This document shows positions 35,701-49,094 of a stretch of DNA of 64,000 bases, piece by piece. The position numbers and the translations under genes are program-made. Position 1 is the first letter of the stretch. Each line of letters begins with the position of its first letter. The stretch comes from Diplonema japonicum (Eukaryota > Protista > Euglenozoa: Diplonemea), in the NCBI GenBank assembly GCA_964019335.1, contig OZ025667.1, forward strand, positions 372,001 to 436,000, given 5' to 3'. The notes beneath the pieces are model-generated. The model searched no databases. It saw nothing but the letters and a program-made list of their open reading frames with translations, and was not told where the DNA came from.

Positions 35701-38700
35701 CCTCCTCCATGCACTGCGGGTCCGCGTACCTCGGCCCGTACTTCGTGTGACAGGTCCTCCCAAAGAAGCAGAACAGGTGGCACCAGCACTCCACCCATCT
35801 CTCCTGCACGTACTTGCACCCGTACTCGTTCCTGCCCCCCGCGTCCACCACGTCGTGCCCCTCCGTGTAGAAAATCCCGATTGCGCTCCCGAAGGCCTTC
35901 GCCGCCCCCTCAAAGTCCCCTTGGAAGAGCCTCTCCGCCGCCGTGATGAGGTCCCCCAGGATCGGAACCTTCTTCAGCACCGCCACCACGTCTCGGATCA
36001 CCTCCGCCACGTTGTCCAGGAACTCCGACACTGCCTCCTTGATGTAGTTCAGGGTCGTCTCGAAGATGTTCACGATGTTGTTCCACAGCTGCGTCACCTT
36101 CTCCGACACGTAGTTCCACGCATCCGTCACCGCCTTCGCCAATGCCTTCACCGCCACGTTGATCCCGTCCACGATCTTCTGCCCGAGGTCCCCCAGAGAC
36201 ACCGACACCGCGATGTCGAACTCCGAGTCCTCAAAGCGCGAGGCCACCACCGCCCGCCCGCTCACCGTCGTCTCCACCAGCGCCAAATCCAGCGTCACCG
36301 CGAAGTCGATCACGTTCCCGTTCACCTCCACCTCCGCCCGCAGGTTGATGAACAGGACCTGGAGGTCGCAGGAGAAAATGGCGTACGGGATCGGGCGGTT
36401 CAGGTCGTACATGAAGAGCACCTGTCGAATCTTCACGATCTCCAAAAAGTTCATGTCCCGCAGCTCCATCCTGAAGTAGGTGAGGTCCCAGTTCCAGGTC
36501 ACGCTCACGTGCGAAGACAGCGCCCCGTTGAAGAGGTCGATCCCTGCGGTGAAGGAGAAGATCTCCGCGTTCAGGGTCACGTTCAGGTAGCCGTACGACT
36601 TCAGCATCGGGATGTCGAAGGCTCCCCCGATGTCGATCAGGACGCTCGGGGACGGCGCCACCTGCAGGTCTACCAGGAACTTCGCCCCGCCCACCGCCAC
36701 CTTGTTCTCCAAGCGGTTCCCGATGCGGAGCTGGAACTCCCCGATCCTCAGGTCCACGGGGTCCATCCAGGCGTCGATGTAGAAGCGCGTCTTGCTCACC
36801 GCGAGGTCGATCGCGATCTCCCAGCCGAGGAAGTTCAGGCGACCCTGCAGGGCGACCCCCGCCGGGATCACCACGTCGCCGCTCCGGAAGGTCAGCCTCT
36901 GCTCCTTGATCGGGCTGAAGGAGAAGAAGGCGAAGCACTCCAGGTCCAGGGTCGTCTCGTTCGCGTAGCCCTCCAGCATCCCCGCGCACTTCGTCTTGTA
37001 GTCTCTGTCGAAGGGGTAGATCCCGGACTCCGCAAGCTTCCCGGGGATCACCAACCCGTCCAGCCCGGGCACGTAGTCCGACAAGACCCCGATGGCCCCG
37101 CCGATGGTGAGTTCCGACACCATCGCGATGAAGTAGTTGTCTTCGGGAACCGTGCTGCTCACCCCGACGTAGGTGCGACCCTCGATGTAGGGCTGCGTCC
37201 GCGTCTCGCAGTTTTGCTCATTCCCGAGGCACACCGCCCCGCCCAGCACGAACCCAGACGGGAGCGGGGATTTCAAATCCCACTCCACCCCGAGGATGAT
37301 GTCCCCAATCTGCAGGAAGGGAAGCCCCAGGGCGTTGTTCCACCACCCGTCCATCTTCAGTGACCCGCGCACCAGCTGCGCCGTCGGGCTCACCACCAGT
37401 GACAGGTCCCCGATCAAGAACAGGAAGTACCGGTCCGCGTAGGCCCCGTCGCACCGCTCCACGCAGATCTTCAGCGGGATGTTCACCCCGAGCTTCGACA
37501 GCGGGAGTCCCCCAGAGATCACATATTCATACTGCACGTAGATGCTCATCCCGAGCGTTCCCTCCACATTCACCACCGCGAAGTTAGCCTCCGAAGTGTC
37601 CGGGTCCGTCCCGATCCGCAGTTCCAGCAAAATCGACCCAGAGAACTGCAGCTCCGCGCTCGTCGACACCCGGAAGTTGTCCGTCACGTCTGCCACCACT
37701 TCCAGGAAGTCCCCCTCCAGGATGTCCGGGAGCTTCGGAGTCCCGATCGCGTACAGCTTCACCCCCGAGGTCGTCATTGCCAGCGCGAGCTTCGTGTCCT
37801 GGATCCCGAAGGACAGTATGGGCGATAGGGCCGTGTCCAGCACCTGCGCCACCCCCTCGTCGAAGCTGCTCGTCACCAAGTAGGCCACGTTCGCCACCGT
37901 CATCTCGTCCACCCAGACGCTCGCCTCCACTCCATCGCATGCGGGAGCCTGCCCGATGCGTCCCGTTCCGGACACCGTCGTCGTCGGCGTTGGGGCAGCG
38001 CAGTTTCCGAGACAGAAGGGCATCGTCACTTCTCCCCTCTGCACAATTGGCTTGATGAGCTCCAAAAAGTCTCCGAGGTCTGACGAGGCGTCCAGAAGCT
38101 CTCTTGTGCTATGCTTTGTGGTGGTGTTCATGCTGCTGCTGCTGCTGTCGGTTTTTGTCGTGTACGTGCGTGCTTTCGTGTCTGCGCTCGCAGTGGAGTC
38201 CATCGGGCACGCTTCAGGGTCGTAAGCCACACTCGCCCCGTCGTTCGTGTCTTCCAGCGTCACAGCCATCCCCAAGCTGAACCCAATCCCAGACCACTTG
38301 TTCCCCTGAGCGTCCGTGATGGAGCTTCTCTTCTGACTCAACCAGGAGCTCGGGAGCTCTCTGATCCCGTCCCTGATTTTCCCCGAAAGTCCATCCAGTG
38401 CGAGGTCCATCGCCTTGATCGCCTCCTTGTTCTTCATCGTGAAAATGTGCTTCCCCCACGACTTCAAGCTCACCCCGAACCCTCCGAACAGCACGTTCTC
38501 CCACCAGGTGCTCGCCGATGTCACCTCGACGCACCTCCAGTGCGGGTGCGTGAAGACAATCGTGATCCCGTCGATCCCCACCGTCGATGAGATGATGGCA
38601 GGCATGTCGATCCCGACCTCGAAGGCGAACCCGCTGAAGGCCCCGGCGCTCGCGAACCACTCCACCGACAGCGCCACCTCGAACAGCGTGTTAGCGAAGA

Positions 38701-39964
38701 AGCCCTTCTCGTCCGTCTTCTCGCTCGCGCGTGCCCTCGTCCTCCCCCGATACAGCACCTTCCCATCCCTCTCTTTCTCCATCTCCACAGACAGAGCCTT
38801 CCTCCTGTACCCAAGAGAGGTTTCCTTCACGCACACTCCGTTCTCGCACCCCTCGTCCAGTCCGCAGTCGTTGTCGCTGGTGCAACCATCAGCCTCAACC
38901 GCTCGAGGGGTCAATACTGACAACTCGGTATCGGGTTCAGGAGTGGGAGCAGGAGTAGGAATAGGAGTAGGGGCAGGCGTGGGAATAGGAGTAGGGGCAG
39001 GTGTAGGAATAGGAGTAGGAGCAGGAGTGGGAATAGGAGTAGGGGCAGGCGTGGGAATAGGAGTAGGGGCAGGTGTAGGAGCAGGTGTAGGAATAGGAGT
39101 AGGAGCAGGCGTGGGAATAGGAGTAGGGGCAGGTGTAGGAATAGGAGTAGGAGCAGGAGTGGGAATAGGAGTAGGAGCAGGCGTGGGAATAGGAGTAGGG
39201 GCAGGAGTGGGAGCAGGAGTAGCAACGGCGCTCTCTTTCTCGTAGTTAATGCCCGCACCCCATCCAAGACCCAGACCCGTAAAGAAGTTTGCCTTCCCAC
39301 CCGGGACAGCCTCCAATCCGATGCTCCACCCAAGCCCAACAGAGGGGGTGAATTGGAAGTTCCCTACCTTCAGCCCCTCGTACGCGACACTGAAGCTGAT
39401 CGTCACCGTGAAGAGCGCGCACCCGAAGTTCGCGTTCGCTTGTGAGGCGCAGAGGTACCCGATCGCACAGCAGTCCTCCAGGGGCTTCACCATCCTCCGC
39501 TTCTGGTGGTTCTGCTGCGCCTCGAGGAGCATCGCCGCCCTGTTCGCCGAGGCAGTCGTCGAGTTGCACTGCCCGGAGAAGGTGCGGATGTAGGGCTTCA
39601 GGCTGTTCGCGAGGTCGGGGATGTCTGCCAGGAAGGTTTCGACAGTCGCGGTGTCTTCGAAGAACTCCATCAGCCCGTCCGCCGCCTCCACCGCTTTGTC
39701 CTTCAGGGTGTTCAGCTGGTCGAGGGCCCCCGTCACCGCCTCTATCGCCTCTTGCACCCCGAGGGCCTCCAGCACCTCGTCCGCCCTGTCCGCAAGGGCA
39801 TCCGCCACGGCCCCCCTGAAGGCGTCCACCGTGTCCGCCAGCGACGTGGCCAGCGACGTCACCGTCAGCGGCTCAGAAGTCGACGTCGTTGAGGGCGCTG
39901 TGTCCTGCGCCCCTGCAAGGAGCGCAACAGCCAACGCCAGCAGTGCTGTCTGCAAGATTCTCAT
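32744..39964 (-). CDS. 2406-aa secreted multidomain protein with two C-terminal GH18 chitinase-like domains (copy 1)
   Basis: Signal peptide [19 protein letters not shown]; (PTPIPTPA)n linker; beta-rich middle; HYR-like repeats; two [13 protein letters not shown][N/D][20 protein letters not shown] domains; intronless and GC-rich. Confidence 0.88.
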   Translation of the reverse strand: MRILQTALLALAVALLAGAQDTAPSTTSTSEPLTVTSLATSLADTVDAFRGAVADALADRADEVLEALGVQEAIEAVTGALDQLNTLKDKAVEAADGLMEFFEDTATVETFLADIPDLANSLKPYIRTFSGQCNSTTASANRAAMLLEAQQNHQKRRMVKPLEDCCAIGYLCASQANANFGCALFTVTISFSVAYEGLKVGNFQFTPSVGLGWSIGLEAVPGGKANFFTGLGLGWGAGINYEKESAVATPAPTPAPTPIPTPAPTPIPTPAPTPIPTPAPTPIPTPAPTPIPTPAPTPAPTPIPTPAPTPIPTPAPTPIPTPAPTPIPTPAPTPIPTPAPTPEPDTELSVLTPRAVEADGCTSDNDCGLDEGCENGVCVKETSLGYRRKALSVEMEKERDGKVLYRGRTRARASEKTDEKGFFANTLFEVALSVEWFASAGAFSGFAFEVGIDMPAIISSTVGIDGITIVFTHPHWRCVEVTSASTWWENVLFGGFGVSLKSWGKHIFTMKNKEAIKAMDLALDGLSGKIRDGIRELPSSWLSQKRSSITDAQGNKWSGIGFSLGMAVTLEDTNDGASVAYDPEACPMDSTASADTKARTYTTKTDSSSSSMNTTTKHSTRELLDASSDLGDFLELIKPIVQRGEVTMPFCLGNCAAPTPTTTVSGTGRIGQAPACDGVEASVWVDEMTVANVAYLVTSSFDEGVAQVLDTALSPILSFGIQDTKLALAMTTSGVKLYAIGTPKLPDILEGDFLEVVADVTDNFRVSTSAELQFSGSILLELRIGTDPDTSEANFAVVNVEGTLGMSIYVQYEYVISGGLPLSKLGVNIPLKICVERCDGAYADRYFLFLIGDLSLVVSPTAQLVRGSLKMDGWWNNALGLPFLQIGDIILGVEWDLKSPLPSGFVLGGAVCLGNEQNCETRTQPYIEGRTYVGVSSTVPEDNYFIAMVSELTIGGAIGVLSDYVPGLDGLVIPGKLAESGIYPFDRDYKTKCAGMLEGYANETTLDLECFAFFSFSPIKEQRLTFRSGDVVIPAGVALQGRLNFLGWEIAIDLAVSKTRFYIDAWMDPVDLRIGEFQLRIGNRLENKVAVGGAKFLVDLQVAPSPSVLIDIGGAFDIPMLKSYGYLNVTLNAEIFSFTAGIDLFNGALSSHVSVTWNWDLTYFRMELRDMNFLEIVKIRQVLFMYDLNRPIPYAIFSCDLQVLFINLRAEVEVNGNVIDFAVTLDLALVETTVSGRAVVASRFEDSEFDIAVSVSLGDLGQKIVDGINVAVKALAKAVTDAWNYVSEKVTQLWNNIVNIFETTLNYIKEAVSEFLDNVAEVIRDVVAVLKKVPILGDLITAAERLFQGDFEGAAKAFGSAIGIFYTEGHDVVDAGGRNEYGCKYVQERWVECWCHLFCFFGRTCHTKYGPRYADPQCMEEVALAAGEVKTKSDEMSQKTKVVDESKGENPGLQNVNSGMEVPMPSLETTTVMVPFGTDASAASGSGFRGGVRTYGGKGTGGGLSSSEEMVTLDDMPYDFSSQASYEASVENTQNRMASKMADKAVENQALLTNDISTEAGMVVRSRPVLGGATSYTFRCDQEINLESLKPLPWFIDPACTAGAEVKLLNQRILPVADFPNRMCGSSFMEVTWQLHDNPVCGGISDTVKQIVTLEPAPPAFVSSSFPADVRVNTEQTTDPMELGVAEGVSPCRQEFDIFYVDSDPVPVEGSNGKEWTVSRVWSIVPFFKTSVCSGAIASSSSRTQTITIVDETTPAPVGGNANNNNNNNNNDDSRLIASVGNWLTCPTDAQMEAYTHVVVSFAVTYTWGEMKNQCNEQCDILTPVAVCDNAPHAELVAKWKAAGKKVILSFGGAGMGGSWDGLNDCWEHCFGKEEHLAQQLTDIAGAQGFDGINIDYLYYYEDGQGGSSFAKGAQAQTFLRETTLKLREKLPAGSLVTHSSADSDLVHGTGYFEVMREVAASVDFIMPQYYNGVTRPNTDGIHGGVFTSALAHLSTLVTEVFGNNPTKVVFGFCISECGGTSSNTNAEQAVSVMNDLKEAYPCNGGAFFWNSASDSDGAWSRSLSEGAISPSKGCSVGGIPLPPPPPTTSLPQAPAVDSRLVASVGNWLACPTDAQMEAYTHVLVSFAVTYSWGSRENQCNEQCDILTPVAVCGNAPHAELVAKWRAAGKKVILSFGGAGMGGSWDGLNNCWEHCFGKEEHLAQQLTDIAGAQGFDGIDIDYLYYYEDGQGGSSFGKGAQAQTFLRETTLKLREKLPAGSLVTHSPMDSDLVHGTGYFEVMREVAASVDFIMPQYYNGVTRPNTDGIHGGVFTSALAHLSTLVTEVFGNDPTKVVFGFCISECGGTSSNINAEQAVSVMNDLKEAYPCNGGAFFWNAAHDMMGAWSHSVAEAISPSRGCKAPAQGN

Positions 39965-41082
39965 TTCTCTTTCTTGTTGGCCTCACACGGAAGGGGGTTT
40001 CTTTCTCTTTTGTTTTTATTTTATTTTTGTGTGTGTGTGTGTGTTGGGTTATAAACCTGGAGTGAGATGAAAACGTGAAACACAAAGAAAAAAAAAAGGG
40101 GGGGGAAAAGAATAGAAAGAGAGGTAGTAGAGGAAGAGGAAGAGAAGATGGGTGTGATCCGAAGAATGGCGAGTGTCCTAGTGTATAGCTGTAACCTTTA
40201 CACACAAAGAAAACAGACTACACACAGGAAAACTAAATTACATTTTATCGGAGAACCCTTCATATAGAAAGAGGAAGCAAAAGAGAAACAAACAGGAGGG
40301 AGGGAGGGAGGGAGGGAGGGAGGGAGGAGAAAGAAGATAAGTCAGCTAGATAGAGTGCAGGTTGGCCAGCATCGCAAAAATCTCAGAAGACAAAAGGTTA
40401 AAAATCTGTAAGGTCGATACTCGGCTTTTCGTTAGTATACTAGATACAAGATATAGGTCTTTTTGCGAGCTCTTTTGTTCTCATTTATGTTTGCAAAGGA
40501 AAAAAAGATAACGCCCCATATCTCTAAAACCCGTCACCAACCCTGAGGGGATGCTTCTAGGGGGGGGGTGTGCTAAACGGGTTTTAGAGATATGACGGCG
40601 TAATGGTTTCTCTTTCTTCCTTGCCCCTCTTTCTTCTTTTGCTTCACTTTAAAAATTGGTCACTTCTTCATGGTGTATTATGCGAAAACCTGACCATATT
40701 CAAAGTAAAAGGGCAACAAGAAAGGGGAGAGTCCTTGTGGAAATTGCGACATTTGCACTCTGTTGTGTCTTTAAAAACAAGAATTGTTCGCAGAAATAAG
40801 GGAGGGAGGGAGAGGGGGGGGGGGGGGGGGGGGGATCAATTACTGTCAAGAAGAAATACTTGTTGATGAAAGAAAGGTCAAAAGTTAGAAGAAACCACGG
40901 GACTAAAAAGTATCTACCGAGGTTGCTCCTTCCTTTCGCTCCCTTTCATTCTTTTTTTTTTTTTTTGCAATTTCTTATTTAACAGTGACATGAGAGAGGG
41001 GGGGAGGGGGCGACAGAACATAAGGCATTCCAAGTCTATAAGGGTATAAAAAAAGAGGGGAAACAAGCTAAAAGCTCTGTAT

Positions 41083-41116
<34 letters not shown>

Positions 41117-41873
41117 CCTTCTCTTTTTTCTGAGAAGAAAATTAAAGAATTTAAAAGAACAAGTTAAGATAGGGATAGGAAAAAAATAAAAGTTTTAAAA
41201 AAGAAAGGGAGAGCGTCTCAATAAGAGCGCCAAGTGTATTTATTTTCAACGGACACCGTAAACCTCTTAATCAATACCCCCTTCCTTCTTTGTTCCCCTG
41301 AGCCAAGCTTCTTTTCTCAGTGAGCACCCCCATGCACACTGAAATTCTATCGAGTTTTCTTTGCGTTCTTCATGAATCTCTCGGCTCAGGGGGGAGGAAG
41401 GGGAGAGGAAAAAAAGAAGGAGAATATATATCAAGAAGAAGTTTTCTATCTAATATAATTCCTTGCAAGCAGCTGTTGAAGAAGAAATTGTTTTTCTTTT
41501 TTTTTTTTTTTTTTTTTTTTCCGTTCTTTTTTCTTTTTTGCGTGAGGAGAAGGGGTGCCAATGATATATTAAAACCCCTGGTTTTAAAAAGAAAATCAAA
41601 GCATCACTTCCCCTCTAGCAAAAATAATAGGAGGAACAAAAATTGAGGAAATAGCAAAGAAAAAGGGGAAGAAGATGCTGGGAACGGCAAGAAAAGAACG
41701 ACATGGCGAAGAGAACACAAATCTACTTCATCCTTTTCGTTGGTGTCGTTCTTAATCTCCGTTTCTCCATTCTTCTCCAATCTTTTGTTTCTCAACTAAA
41801 CCTCTCGTTTCAACGCTGTGGGTCATCTTTTTTTATTTTCATATATAATATTTTCATTCTTTTTTTCCTATCT

Positions 41874-44800
41874 CTAATTCCCTTGCGCGGGCGCCTTGCA
41901 CCCCCTCGAGGGGCTGATGGCCTCCGCCACGGAATGAGACCAGGCGCCCATCATGTCGTGGGCAGCGTTCCAGAAGAAGGCCCCACCGTTGCAGGGGTAC
42001 GCCTCCTTCAGATCGTTCATCACGCTGACAGCCTGCTCCGCGTTGATGTTGGATGAGGTGCCCCCGCATTCACTGATGCAGAAGCCGAACACTACCTTCG
42101 TGGGGTCGTTCCCGAAGACTTCCGTCACGAGGGTACTGAGGTGCGCCAGGGCAGAGGTGAAGACGCCACCGTGGATCCCGTCCGTGTTGGGGCGCGTCAC
42201 CCCGTTGTAGTACTGCGGCATGATGAAGTCCACAGAGGCAGCCACCTCCCGCATCACCTCGAAGTAGCCTGTCCCGTGCACGAGGTCGCTGTCCATAGGG
42301 GAGTGGGCCACGAGGCTTCCGGCGGGGAGCTTCTCCCTCAGCTTCAGGGTCGTCTCCCTCAGGAAGGTCTGCGCCTGCGCCCCCTTTCCGAACGACGAGC
42401 CACCCTGCCCGTCCTCGTAGTAGTACAAGTAATCTATGTCGATCCCGTCGAAGCCCTGCGCGCCCGCGATGTCTGTAAGCTGCTGCGCCAGGTGCTCCTC
42501 CTTCCCGAAGCAGTGCTCCCAGCAGTTGTTCAATCCGTCCCACGAACCCCCCATCCCCGCCCCGCCGAAGGAGAGGATCACCTTCTTTCCCGCGGCCCTC
42601 CACTTCGCCACGAGCTCCGCATGTGGGGCGTTCCCGCACACCGCAACGGGTGTCAGGATGTCGCACTGCTCGTTGCACTGGTTCTCCCTGGAGCCCCAGC
42701 TGTAGGTCACCGCAAAGGAAACCAAGACGTGTGTGTAGGCCTCCATCTGCGCGTCTGTCGGACACGCCAGCCAGTTCCCGACGGAGGCGACGAGCCTGCT
42801 GTCAACGGCTGGGGCCTGCGGAAGGGAAGTAGTAGGAGGAGGAGGGGGGAGGGGGATCCCACCTACACTGCACCCCTTCGAGGGGCTGATGGCCCCCTCA
42901 GAGAGAGAACGAGACCAGGCGCCGTCCGAGTCGGACGCAGAGTTCCAGAAGAAGGCCCCACCGTTGCAGGGGTACGCCTCCTTCAGATCGTTCATCACGC
43001 TGACAGCCTGCTCCGCGTTGGTGTTGGATGAGGTGCCCCCGCATTCACTGATGCAGAAGCCGAACACTACCTTCGTGGGGTTGTTCCCGAAGACTTCCGT
43101 CACGAGGGTACTGAGGTGCGCCAGGGCAGAGGTGAAGACGCCACCGTGGATCCCGTCCGTGTTGGGGCGCGTCACCCCGTTGTAGTACTGCGGCATGATG
43201 AAGTCCACAGAGGCAGCCACCTCCCGCATCACCTCGAAGTAGCCTGTCCCGTGCACGAGGTCGCTGTCCGCGGAAGAGTGGGTCACGAGGCTTCCGGCGG
43301 GGAGCTTCTCCCTCAGCTTCAGGGTCGTCTCCCTCAGGAAGGTCTGCGCCTGTGCCCCCTTTGCGAACGACGAGCCACCCTGCCCGTCCTCGTAGTAGTA
43401 CAAGTAGTCGATGTTGATCCCGTCGAAGCCCTGCGCGCCCGCGATGTCTGTAAGCTGCTGCGCCAGGTGCTCCTCCTTCCCGAAGCAGTGCTCCCAGCAG
43501 TCGTTCAATCCGTCCCACGAACCCCCCATCCCCGCCCCGCCGAAGGAGAGGATCACCTTCTTCCCCGCGGCCTTCCACTTCGCCACGAGCTCCGCATGTG
43601 GGGCGTTATCGCACACCGCAACGGGTGTCAGGATGTCGCACTGCTCGTTGCACTGGTTCTTCATTTCACCCCAGGTGTAGGTCACCGCAAAGGACACGAC
43701 GACGTGTGTGTAGGCCTCCATCTGCGCGTCTGTCGGACAGGTCAACCAGTTCCCGACGGAGGCGATGAGCCTGCTGTCGTCGTTGTTATTGTTGTTGTTG
43801 TTGTTGTTCGCATTACCACCCACCGGGGCAGGAGTTGTCTCGTCCACGATAGTGATGGTTTGCGTTCTACTGCTGCTTGAGGCGATAGCCCCGCTGCACA
43901 CCGATGTCTTGAAGAAGGGGACGATGGACCACACACGGCTGACGGTCCACTCCTTCCCGTTCGACCCTTCCACGGGGACCGGGTCGCTGTCCACGTAGAA
44001 GATGTCGAATTCCTGTCTGCAAGGGGAAACCCCCTCCGCCACCCCGAGCTCCATCGGGTCCGTCGTCTGCTCTGTGTTCACGCGAACGTCGGCGGGGAAG
44101 GAGGAGGATACAAAAGCGGGCGGGGCCGGTTCCAAGGTCACGATCTGCTTCACCGTGTCCGAGATCCCACCGCACACCGGGTTGTCGTGGAGCTGCCACG
44201 TCACCTCCATGAAGGAGGACCCGCACATTCTGTTCGGGAAGTCTGCCACAGGGAGGATACGCTGATTCAAAAGCTTCACCTCCGCCCCTGCCGTGCACGC
44301 GGGGTCGATGAACCAGGGGAGCGGCTTCAGGCTCTCCAGGTTGATCTCCTGGTCGCAGCGGAAGGTGTAGGAGGTGGCCCCTCCGAGGACCGGGCGACTC
44401 CGCACCACCATCCCCGCCTCCGTGCTGATGTCGTTCGTGAGGAGGGCCTGGTTCTCCACCGCCTTGTCCGCCATCTTCGACGCCATCCTGTTCTGCGTGT
44501 TCTCCACGCTCGCCTCGTAGCTCGCCTGGCTGCTGAAGTCGTACGGCATGTCGTCCAGCGTCACCATCTCCTCCGAGCTGGACAGCCCGCCCCCGGTCCC
44601 CTTCCCCCCGTAGGTGCGCACCCCGCCCCTGAAGCCTGACCCCGAGGCCGCCGACGCATCCGTCCCGAACGGCACCATCACCGTCGTCGTCTCCAGAGAG
44701 GGCATCGGGACCTCCATCCCTGAGTTGACATTCTGCAGCCCTGGGTTCTCACCCTTCGACTCGTCCACAACCTTCGTCTTCTGCGACATCTCGTCCGACT

Positions 44801-47800
44801 TCGTCTTCACCTCCCCCGCAGCGAGAGCCACCTCCTCCATGCACTGCGGGTCCGCGTACCTCGGCCCGTACTTCGTGTGACAGGTCCTCCCAAAGAAGCA
44901 GAACAGGTGGCACCAGCACTCCACCCATCTCTCCTGCACGTACTTGCACCCGTACTCGTTCCTGCCCCCCGCGTCCACCACGTCGTGCCCCTCCGTGTAG
45001 AAAATCCCGATTGCGCTCCCGAAGGCCTTCGCCGCCCCCTCAAAGTCCCCTTGGAAGAGCCTCTCCGCCGCCGTGATGAGGTCCCCCAGGATCGGAACCT
45101 TCTTCAGCACCGCCACCACGTCTCGGATCACCTCCGCCACGTTGTCCAGGAACTCCGACACTGCCTCCTTGATGTAGTTCAGGGTCGTCTCGAAGATGTT
45201 CACGATGTTGTTCCACAGCTGCGTCACCTTCTCCGACACGTAGTTCCACGCATCCGTCACCGCCTTCGCCAATGCCTTCACCGCCACGTTGATCCCGTCC
45301 ACGATCTTCTGCCCGAGGTCCCCCAGAGACACCGACACCGCGATGTCGAACTCCGAGTCCTCAAAGCGCGAGGCCACCACCGCCCGCCCGCTCACCGTCG
45401 TCTCCACCAGCGCCAAATCCAGCGTCACCGCGAAGTCGATCACGTTCCCGTTCACCTCCACCTCCGCCCGCAGGTTGATGAACAGGACCTGGAGGTCGCA
45501 GGAGAAAATGGCGTACGGGATCGGGCGGTTCAGGTCGTACATGAAGAGCACCTGTCGAATCTTCACGATCTCCAAAAAGTTCATGTCCCGCAGCTCCATC
45601 CTGAAGTAGGTGAGGTCCCAGTTCCAGGTCACGCTCACGTGCGAAGACAGCGCCCCGTTGAAGAGGTCGATCCCTGCGGTGAAGGAGAAGATCTCCGCGT
45701 TCAGGGTCACGTTCAGGTAGCCGTACGACTTCAGCATCGGGATGTCGAAGGCTCCCCCGATGTCGATCAGGACGCTCGGGGACGGCGCCACCTGCAGGTC
45801 TACCAGGAACTTCGCCCCGCCCACCGCCACCTTGTTCTCCAAGCGGTTCCCGATGCGGAGCTGGAACTCCCCGATCCTCAGGTCCACGGGGTCCATCCAG
45901 GCGTCGATGTAGAAGCGCGTCTTGCTCACCGCGAGGTCGATCGCGATCTCCCAGCCGAGGAAGTTCAGGCGACCCTGCAGGGCGACCCCCGCCGGGATCA
46001 CCACGTCGCCGCTCCGGAAGGTCAGCCTCTGCTCCTTGATCGGGCTGAAGGAGAAGAAGGCGAAGCACTCCAGGTCCAGGGTCGTCTCGTTCGCGTAGCC
46101 CTCCAGCATCCCCGCGCACTTCGTCTTGTAGTCTCTGTCGAAGGGGTAGATCCCGGACTCCGCAAGCTTCCCGGGGATCACCAACCCGTCCAGCCCGGGC
46201 ACGTAGTCCGACAAGACCCCGATGGCCCCGCCGATGGTGAGTTCCGACACCATCGCGATGAAGTAGTTGTCTTCGGGAACCGTGCTGCTCACCCCGACGT
46301 AGGTGCGACCCTCGATGTAGGGCTGCGTCCGCGTCTCGCAGTTTTGCTCATTCCCGAGGCACACCGCCCCGCCCAGCACGAACCCAGACGGGAGCGGGGA
46401 TTTCAAATCCCACTCCACCCCGAGGATGATGTCCCCAATCTGCAGGAAGGGAAGCCCCAGGGCGTTGTTCCACCACCCGTCCATCTTCAGTGACCCGCGC
46501 ACCAGCTGCGCCGTCGGGCTCACCACCAGTGACAGGTCCCCGATCAAGAACAGGAAGTACCGGTCCGCGTAGGCCCCGTCGCACCGCTCCACGCAGATCT
46601 TCAGCGGGATGTTCACCCCGAGCTTCGACAGCGGGAGTCCCCCAGAGATCACATATTCATACTGCACGTAGATGCTCATCCCGAGCGTTCCCTCCACATT
46701 CACCACCGCGAAGTTAGCCTCCGAAGTGTCCGGGTCCGTCCCGATCCGCAGTTCCAGCAAAATCGACCCAGAGAACTGCAGCTCCGCGCTCGTCGACACC
46801 CGGAAGTTGTCCGTCACGTCTGCCACCACTTCCAGGAAGTCCCCCTCCAGGATGTCCGGGAGCTTCGGAGTCCCGATCGCGTACAGCTTCACCCCCGAGG
46901 TCGTCATTGCCAGCGCGAGCTTCGTGTCCTGGATCCCGAAGGACAGTATGGGCGATAGGGCCGTGTCCAGCACCTGCGCCACCCCCTCGTCGAAGCTGCT
47001 CGTCACCAAGTAGGCCACGTTCGCCACCGTCATCTCGTCCACCCAGACGCTCGCCTCCACTCCATCGCATGCGGGAGCCTGCCCGATGCGTCCCGTTCCG
47101 GACACCGTCGTCGTCGGCGTTGGGGCAGCGCAGTTTCCGAGACAGAAGGGCATCGTCACTTCTCCCCTCTGCACAATTGGCTTGATGAGCTCCAAAAAGT
47201 CTCCGAGGTCTGACGAGGCGTCCAGAAGCTCTCTTGTGCTATGCTTTGTGGTGGTGTTCATGCTGCTGCTGCTGCTGTCGGTTTTTGTCGTGTACGTGCG
47301 TGCTTTCGTGTCTGCGCTCGCAGTGGAGTCCATCGGGCACGCTTCAGGGTCGTAAGCCACACTCGCCCCGTCGTTCGTGTCTTCCAGCGTCACAGCCATC
47401 CCCAAGCTGAACCCAATCCCAGACCACTTGTTCCCCTGAGCGTCCGTGATGGAGCTTCTCTTCTGACTCAACCAGGAGCTCGGGAGCTCTCTGATCCCGT
47501 CCCTGATTTTCCCCGAAAGTCCATCCAGTGCGAGGTCCATCGCCTTGATCGCCTCCTTGTTCTTCATCGTGAAAATGTGCTTCCCCCACGACTTCAAGCT
47601 CACCCCGAACCCTCCGAACAGCACGTTCTCCCACCAGGTGCTCGCCGATGTCACCTCGACGCACCTCCAGTGCGGGTGCGTGAAGACAATCGTGATCCCG
47701 TCGATCCCCACCGTCGATGAGATGATGGCAGGCATGTCGATCCCGACCTCGAAGGCGAACCCGCTGAAGGCCCCGGCGCTCGCGAACCACTCCACCGACA

Positions 47801-49094
47801 GCGCCACCTCGAACAGCGTGTTAGCGAAGAAGCCCTTCTCGTCCGTCTTCTCGCTCGCGCGTGCCCTCGTCCTCCCCCGATACAGCACCTTCCCATCCCT
47901 CTCTTTCTCCATCTCCACAGACAGAGCCTTCCTCCTGTACCCAAGAGAGGTTTCCTTCACGCACACTCCGTTCTCGCACCCCTCGTCCAGTCCGCAGTCG
48001 TTGTCGCTGGTGCAACCATCAGCCTCAACCGCTCGAGGGGTCAATACTGACAACTCGGTATCGGGTTCAGGAGTGGGAGCAGGAGTAGGAATAGGAGTAG
48101 GGGCAGGCGTGGGAATAGGAGTAGGGGCAGGTGTAGGAATAGGAGTAGGAGCAGGAGTGGGAATAGGAGTAGGGGCAGGCGTGGGAATAGGAGTAGGGGC
48201 AGGTGTAGGAGCAGGTGTAGGAATAGGAGTAGGAGCAGGCGTGGGAATAGGAGTAGGGGCAGGTGTAGGAATAGGAGTAGGAGCAGGAGTGGGAATAGGA
48301 GTAGGAGCAGGCGTGGGAATAGGAGTAGGGGCAGGAGTGGGAGCAGGAGTAGCAACGGCGCTCTCTTTCTCGTAGTTAATGCCCGCACCCCATCCAAGAC
48401 CCAGACCCGTAAAGAAGTTTGCCTTCCCACCCGGGACAGCCTCCAATCCGATGCTCCACCCAAGCCCAACAGAGGGGGTGAATTGGAAGTTCCCTACCTT
48501 CAGCCCCTCGTACGCGACACTGAAGCTGATCGTCACCGTGAAGAGCGCGCACCCGAAGTTCGCGTTCGCTTGTGAGGCGCAGAGGTACCCGATCGCACAG
48601 CAGTCCTCCAGGGGCTTCACCATCCTCCGCTTCTGGTGGTTCTGCTGCGCCTCGAGGAGCATCGCCGCCCTGTTCGCCGAGGCAGTCGTCGAGTTGCACT
48701 GCCCGGAGAAGGTGCGGATGTAGGGCTTCAGGCTGTTCGCGAGGTCGGGGATGTCTGCCAGGAAGGTTTCGACAGTCGCGGTGTCTTCGAAGAACTCCAT
48801 CAGCCCGTCCGCCGCCTCCACCGCTTTGTCCTTCAGGGTGTTCAGCTGGTCGAGGGCCCCCGTCACCGCCTCTATCGCCTCTTGCACCCCGAGGGCCTCC
48901 AGCACCTCGTCCGCCCTGTCCGCAAGGGCATCCGCCACGGCCCCCCTGAAGGCGTCCACCGTGTCCGCCAGCGACGTGGCCAGCGACGTCACCGTCAGCG
49001 GCTCAGAAGTCGACGTCGTTGAGGGCGCTGTGTCCTGCGCCCCTGCAAGGAGCGCAACAGCCAACGCCAGCAGTGCTGTCTGCAAGATTCTCAT
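41874..49094 (-). CDS. 2406-aa GH18-like multidomain protein (copy 2; T>A variant at nt 42308)
   Basis: Same as copy 1 except SLVAHSPMD versus SLVTHSPMD. Confidence 0.88.
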   Translation of the reverse strand: MRILQTALLALAVALLAGAQDTAPSTTSTSEPLTVTSLATSLADTVDAFRGAVADALADRADEVLEALGVQEAIEAVTGALDQLNTLKDKAVEAADGLMEFFEDTATVETFLADIPDLANSLKPYIRTFSGQCNSTTASANRAAMLLEAQQNHQKRRMVKPLEDCCAIGYLCASQANANFGCALFTVTISFSVAYEGLKVGNFQFTPSVGLGWSIGLEAVPGGKANFFTGLGLGWGAGINYEKESAVATPAPTPAPTPIPTPAPTPIPTPAPTPIPTPAPTPIPTPAPTPIPTPAPTPAPTPIPTPAPTPIPTPAPTPIPTPAPTPIPTPAPTPIPTPAPTPEPDTELSVLTPRAVEADGCTSDNDCGLDEGCENGVCVKETSLGYRRKALSVEMEKERDGKVLYRGRTRARASEKTDEKGFFANTLFEVALSVEWFASAGAFSGFAFEVGIDMPAIISSTVGIDGITIVFTHPHWRCVEVTSASTWWENVLFGGFGVSLKSWGKHIFTMKNKEAIKAMDLALDGLSGKIRDGIRELPSSWLSQKRSSITDAQGNKWSGIGFSLGMAVTLEDTNDGASVAYDPEACPMDSTASADTKARTYTTKTDSSSSSMNTTTKHSTRELLDASSDLGDFLELIKPIVQRGEVTMPFCLGNCAAPTPTTTVSGTGRIGQAPACDGVEASVWVDEMTVANVAYLVTSSFDEGVAQVLDTALSPILSFGIQDTKLALAMTTSGVKLYAIGTPKLPDILEGDFLEVVADVTDNFRVSTSAELQFSGSILLELRIGTDPDTSEANFAVVNVEGTLGMSIYVQYEYVISGGLPLSKLGVNIPLKICVERCDGAYADRYFLFLIGDLSLVVSPTAQLVRGSLKMDGWWNNALGLPFLQIGDIILGVEWDLKSPLPSGFVLGGAVCLGNEQNCETRTQPYIEGRTYVGVSSTVPEDNYFIAMVSELTIGGAIGVLSDYVPGLDGLVIPGKLAESGIYPFDRDYKTKCAGMLEGYANETTLDLECFAFFSFSPIKEQRLTFRSGDVVIPAGVALQGRLNFLGWEIAIDLAVSKTRFYIDAWMDPVDLRIGEFQLRIGNRLENKVAVGGAKFLVDLQVAPSPSVLIDIGGAFDIPMLKSYGYLNVTLNAEIFSFTAGIDLFNGALSSHVSVTWNWDLTYFRMELRDMNFLEIVKIRQVLFMYDLNRPIPYAIFSCDLQVLFINLRAEVEVNGNVIDFAVTLDLALVETTVSGRAVVASRFEDSEFDIAVSVSLGDLGQKIVDGINVAVKALAKAVTDAWNYVSEKVTQLWNNIVNIFETTLNYIKEAVSEFLDNVAEVIRDVVAVLKKVPILGDLITAAERLFQGDFEGAAKAFGSAIGIFYTEGHDVVDAGGRNEYGCKYVQERWVECWCHLFCFFGRTCHTKYGPRYADPQCMEEVALAAGEVKTKSDEMSQKTKVVDESKGENPGLQNVNSGMEVPMPSLETTTVMVPFGTDASAASGSGFRGGVRTYGGKGTGGGLSSSEEMVTLDDMPYDFSSQASYEASVENTQNRMASKMADKAVENQALLTNDISTEAGMVVRSRPVLGGATSYTFRCDQEINLESLKPLPWFIDPACTAGAEVKLLNQRILPVADFPNRMCGSSFMEVTWQLHDNPVCGGISDTVKQIVTLEPAPPAFVSSSFPADVRVNTEQTTDPMELGVAEGVSPCRQEFDIFYVDSDPVPVEGSNGKEWTVSRVWSIVPFFKTSVCSGAIASSSSRTQTITIVDETTPAPVGGNANNNNNNNNNDDSRLIASVGNWLTCPTDAQMEAYTHVVVSFAVTYTWGEMKNQCNEQCDILTPVAVCDNAPHAELVAKWKAAGKKVILSFGGAGMGGSWDGLNDCWEHCFGKEEHLAQQLTDIAGAQGFDGINIDYLYYYEDGQGGSSFAKGAQAQTFLRETTLKLREKLPAGSLVTHSSADSDLVHGTGYFEVMREVAASVDFIMPQYYNGVTRPNTDGIHGGVFTSALAHLSTLVTEVFGNNPTKVVFGFCISECGGTSSNTNAEQAVSVMNDLKEAYPCNGGAFFWNSASDSDGAWSRSLSEGAISPSKGCSVGGIPLPPPPPTTSLPQAPAVDSRLVASVGNWLACPTDAQMEAYTHVLVSFAVTYSWGSRENQCNEQCDILTPVAVCGNAPHAELVAKWRAAGKKVILSFGGAGMGGSWDGLNNCWEHCFGKEEHLAQQLTDIAGAQGFDGIDIDYLYYYEDGQGGSSFGKGAQAQTFLRETTLKLREKLPAGSLVAHSPMDSDLVHGTGYFEVMREVAASVDFIMPQYYNGVTRPNTDGIHGGVFTSALAHLSTLVTEVFGNDPTKVVFGFCISECGGTSSNINAEQAVSVMNDLKEAYPCNGGAFFWNAAHDMMGAWSHSVAEAISPSRGCKAPAQGN

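Noticed and set aside
35747-37363. 538-aa + strand ORF (and copies, plus other antisense ORFs) within the array gene
   Set aside because: Antisense shadows of a GC3-rich coding sequence with no recognisable motifs.
38942-39225. 18-24 bp tandem repeat as an independent satellite
   Set aside because: It encodes the in-frame (PTPIPTPA)n linker of the giant protein.
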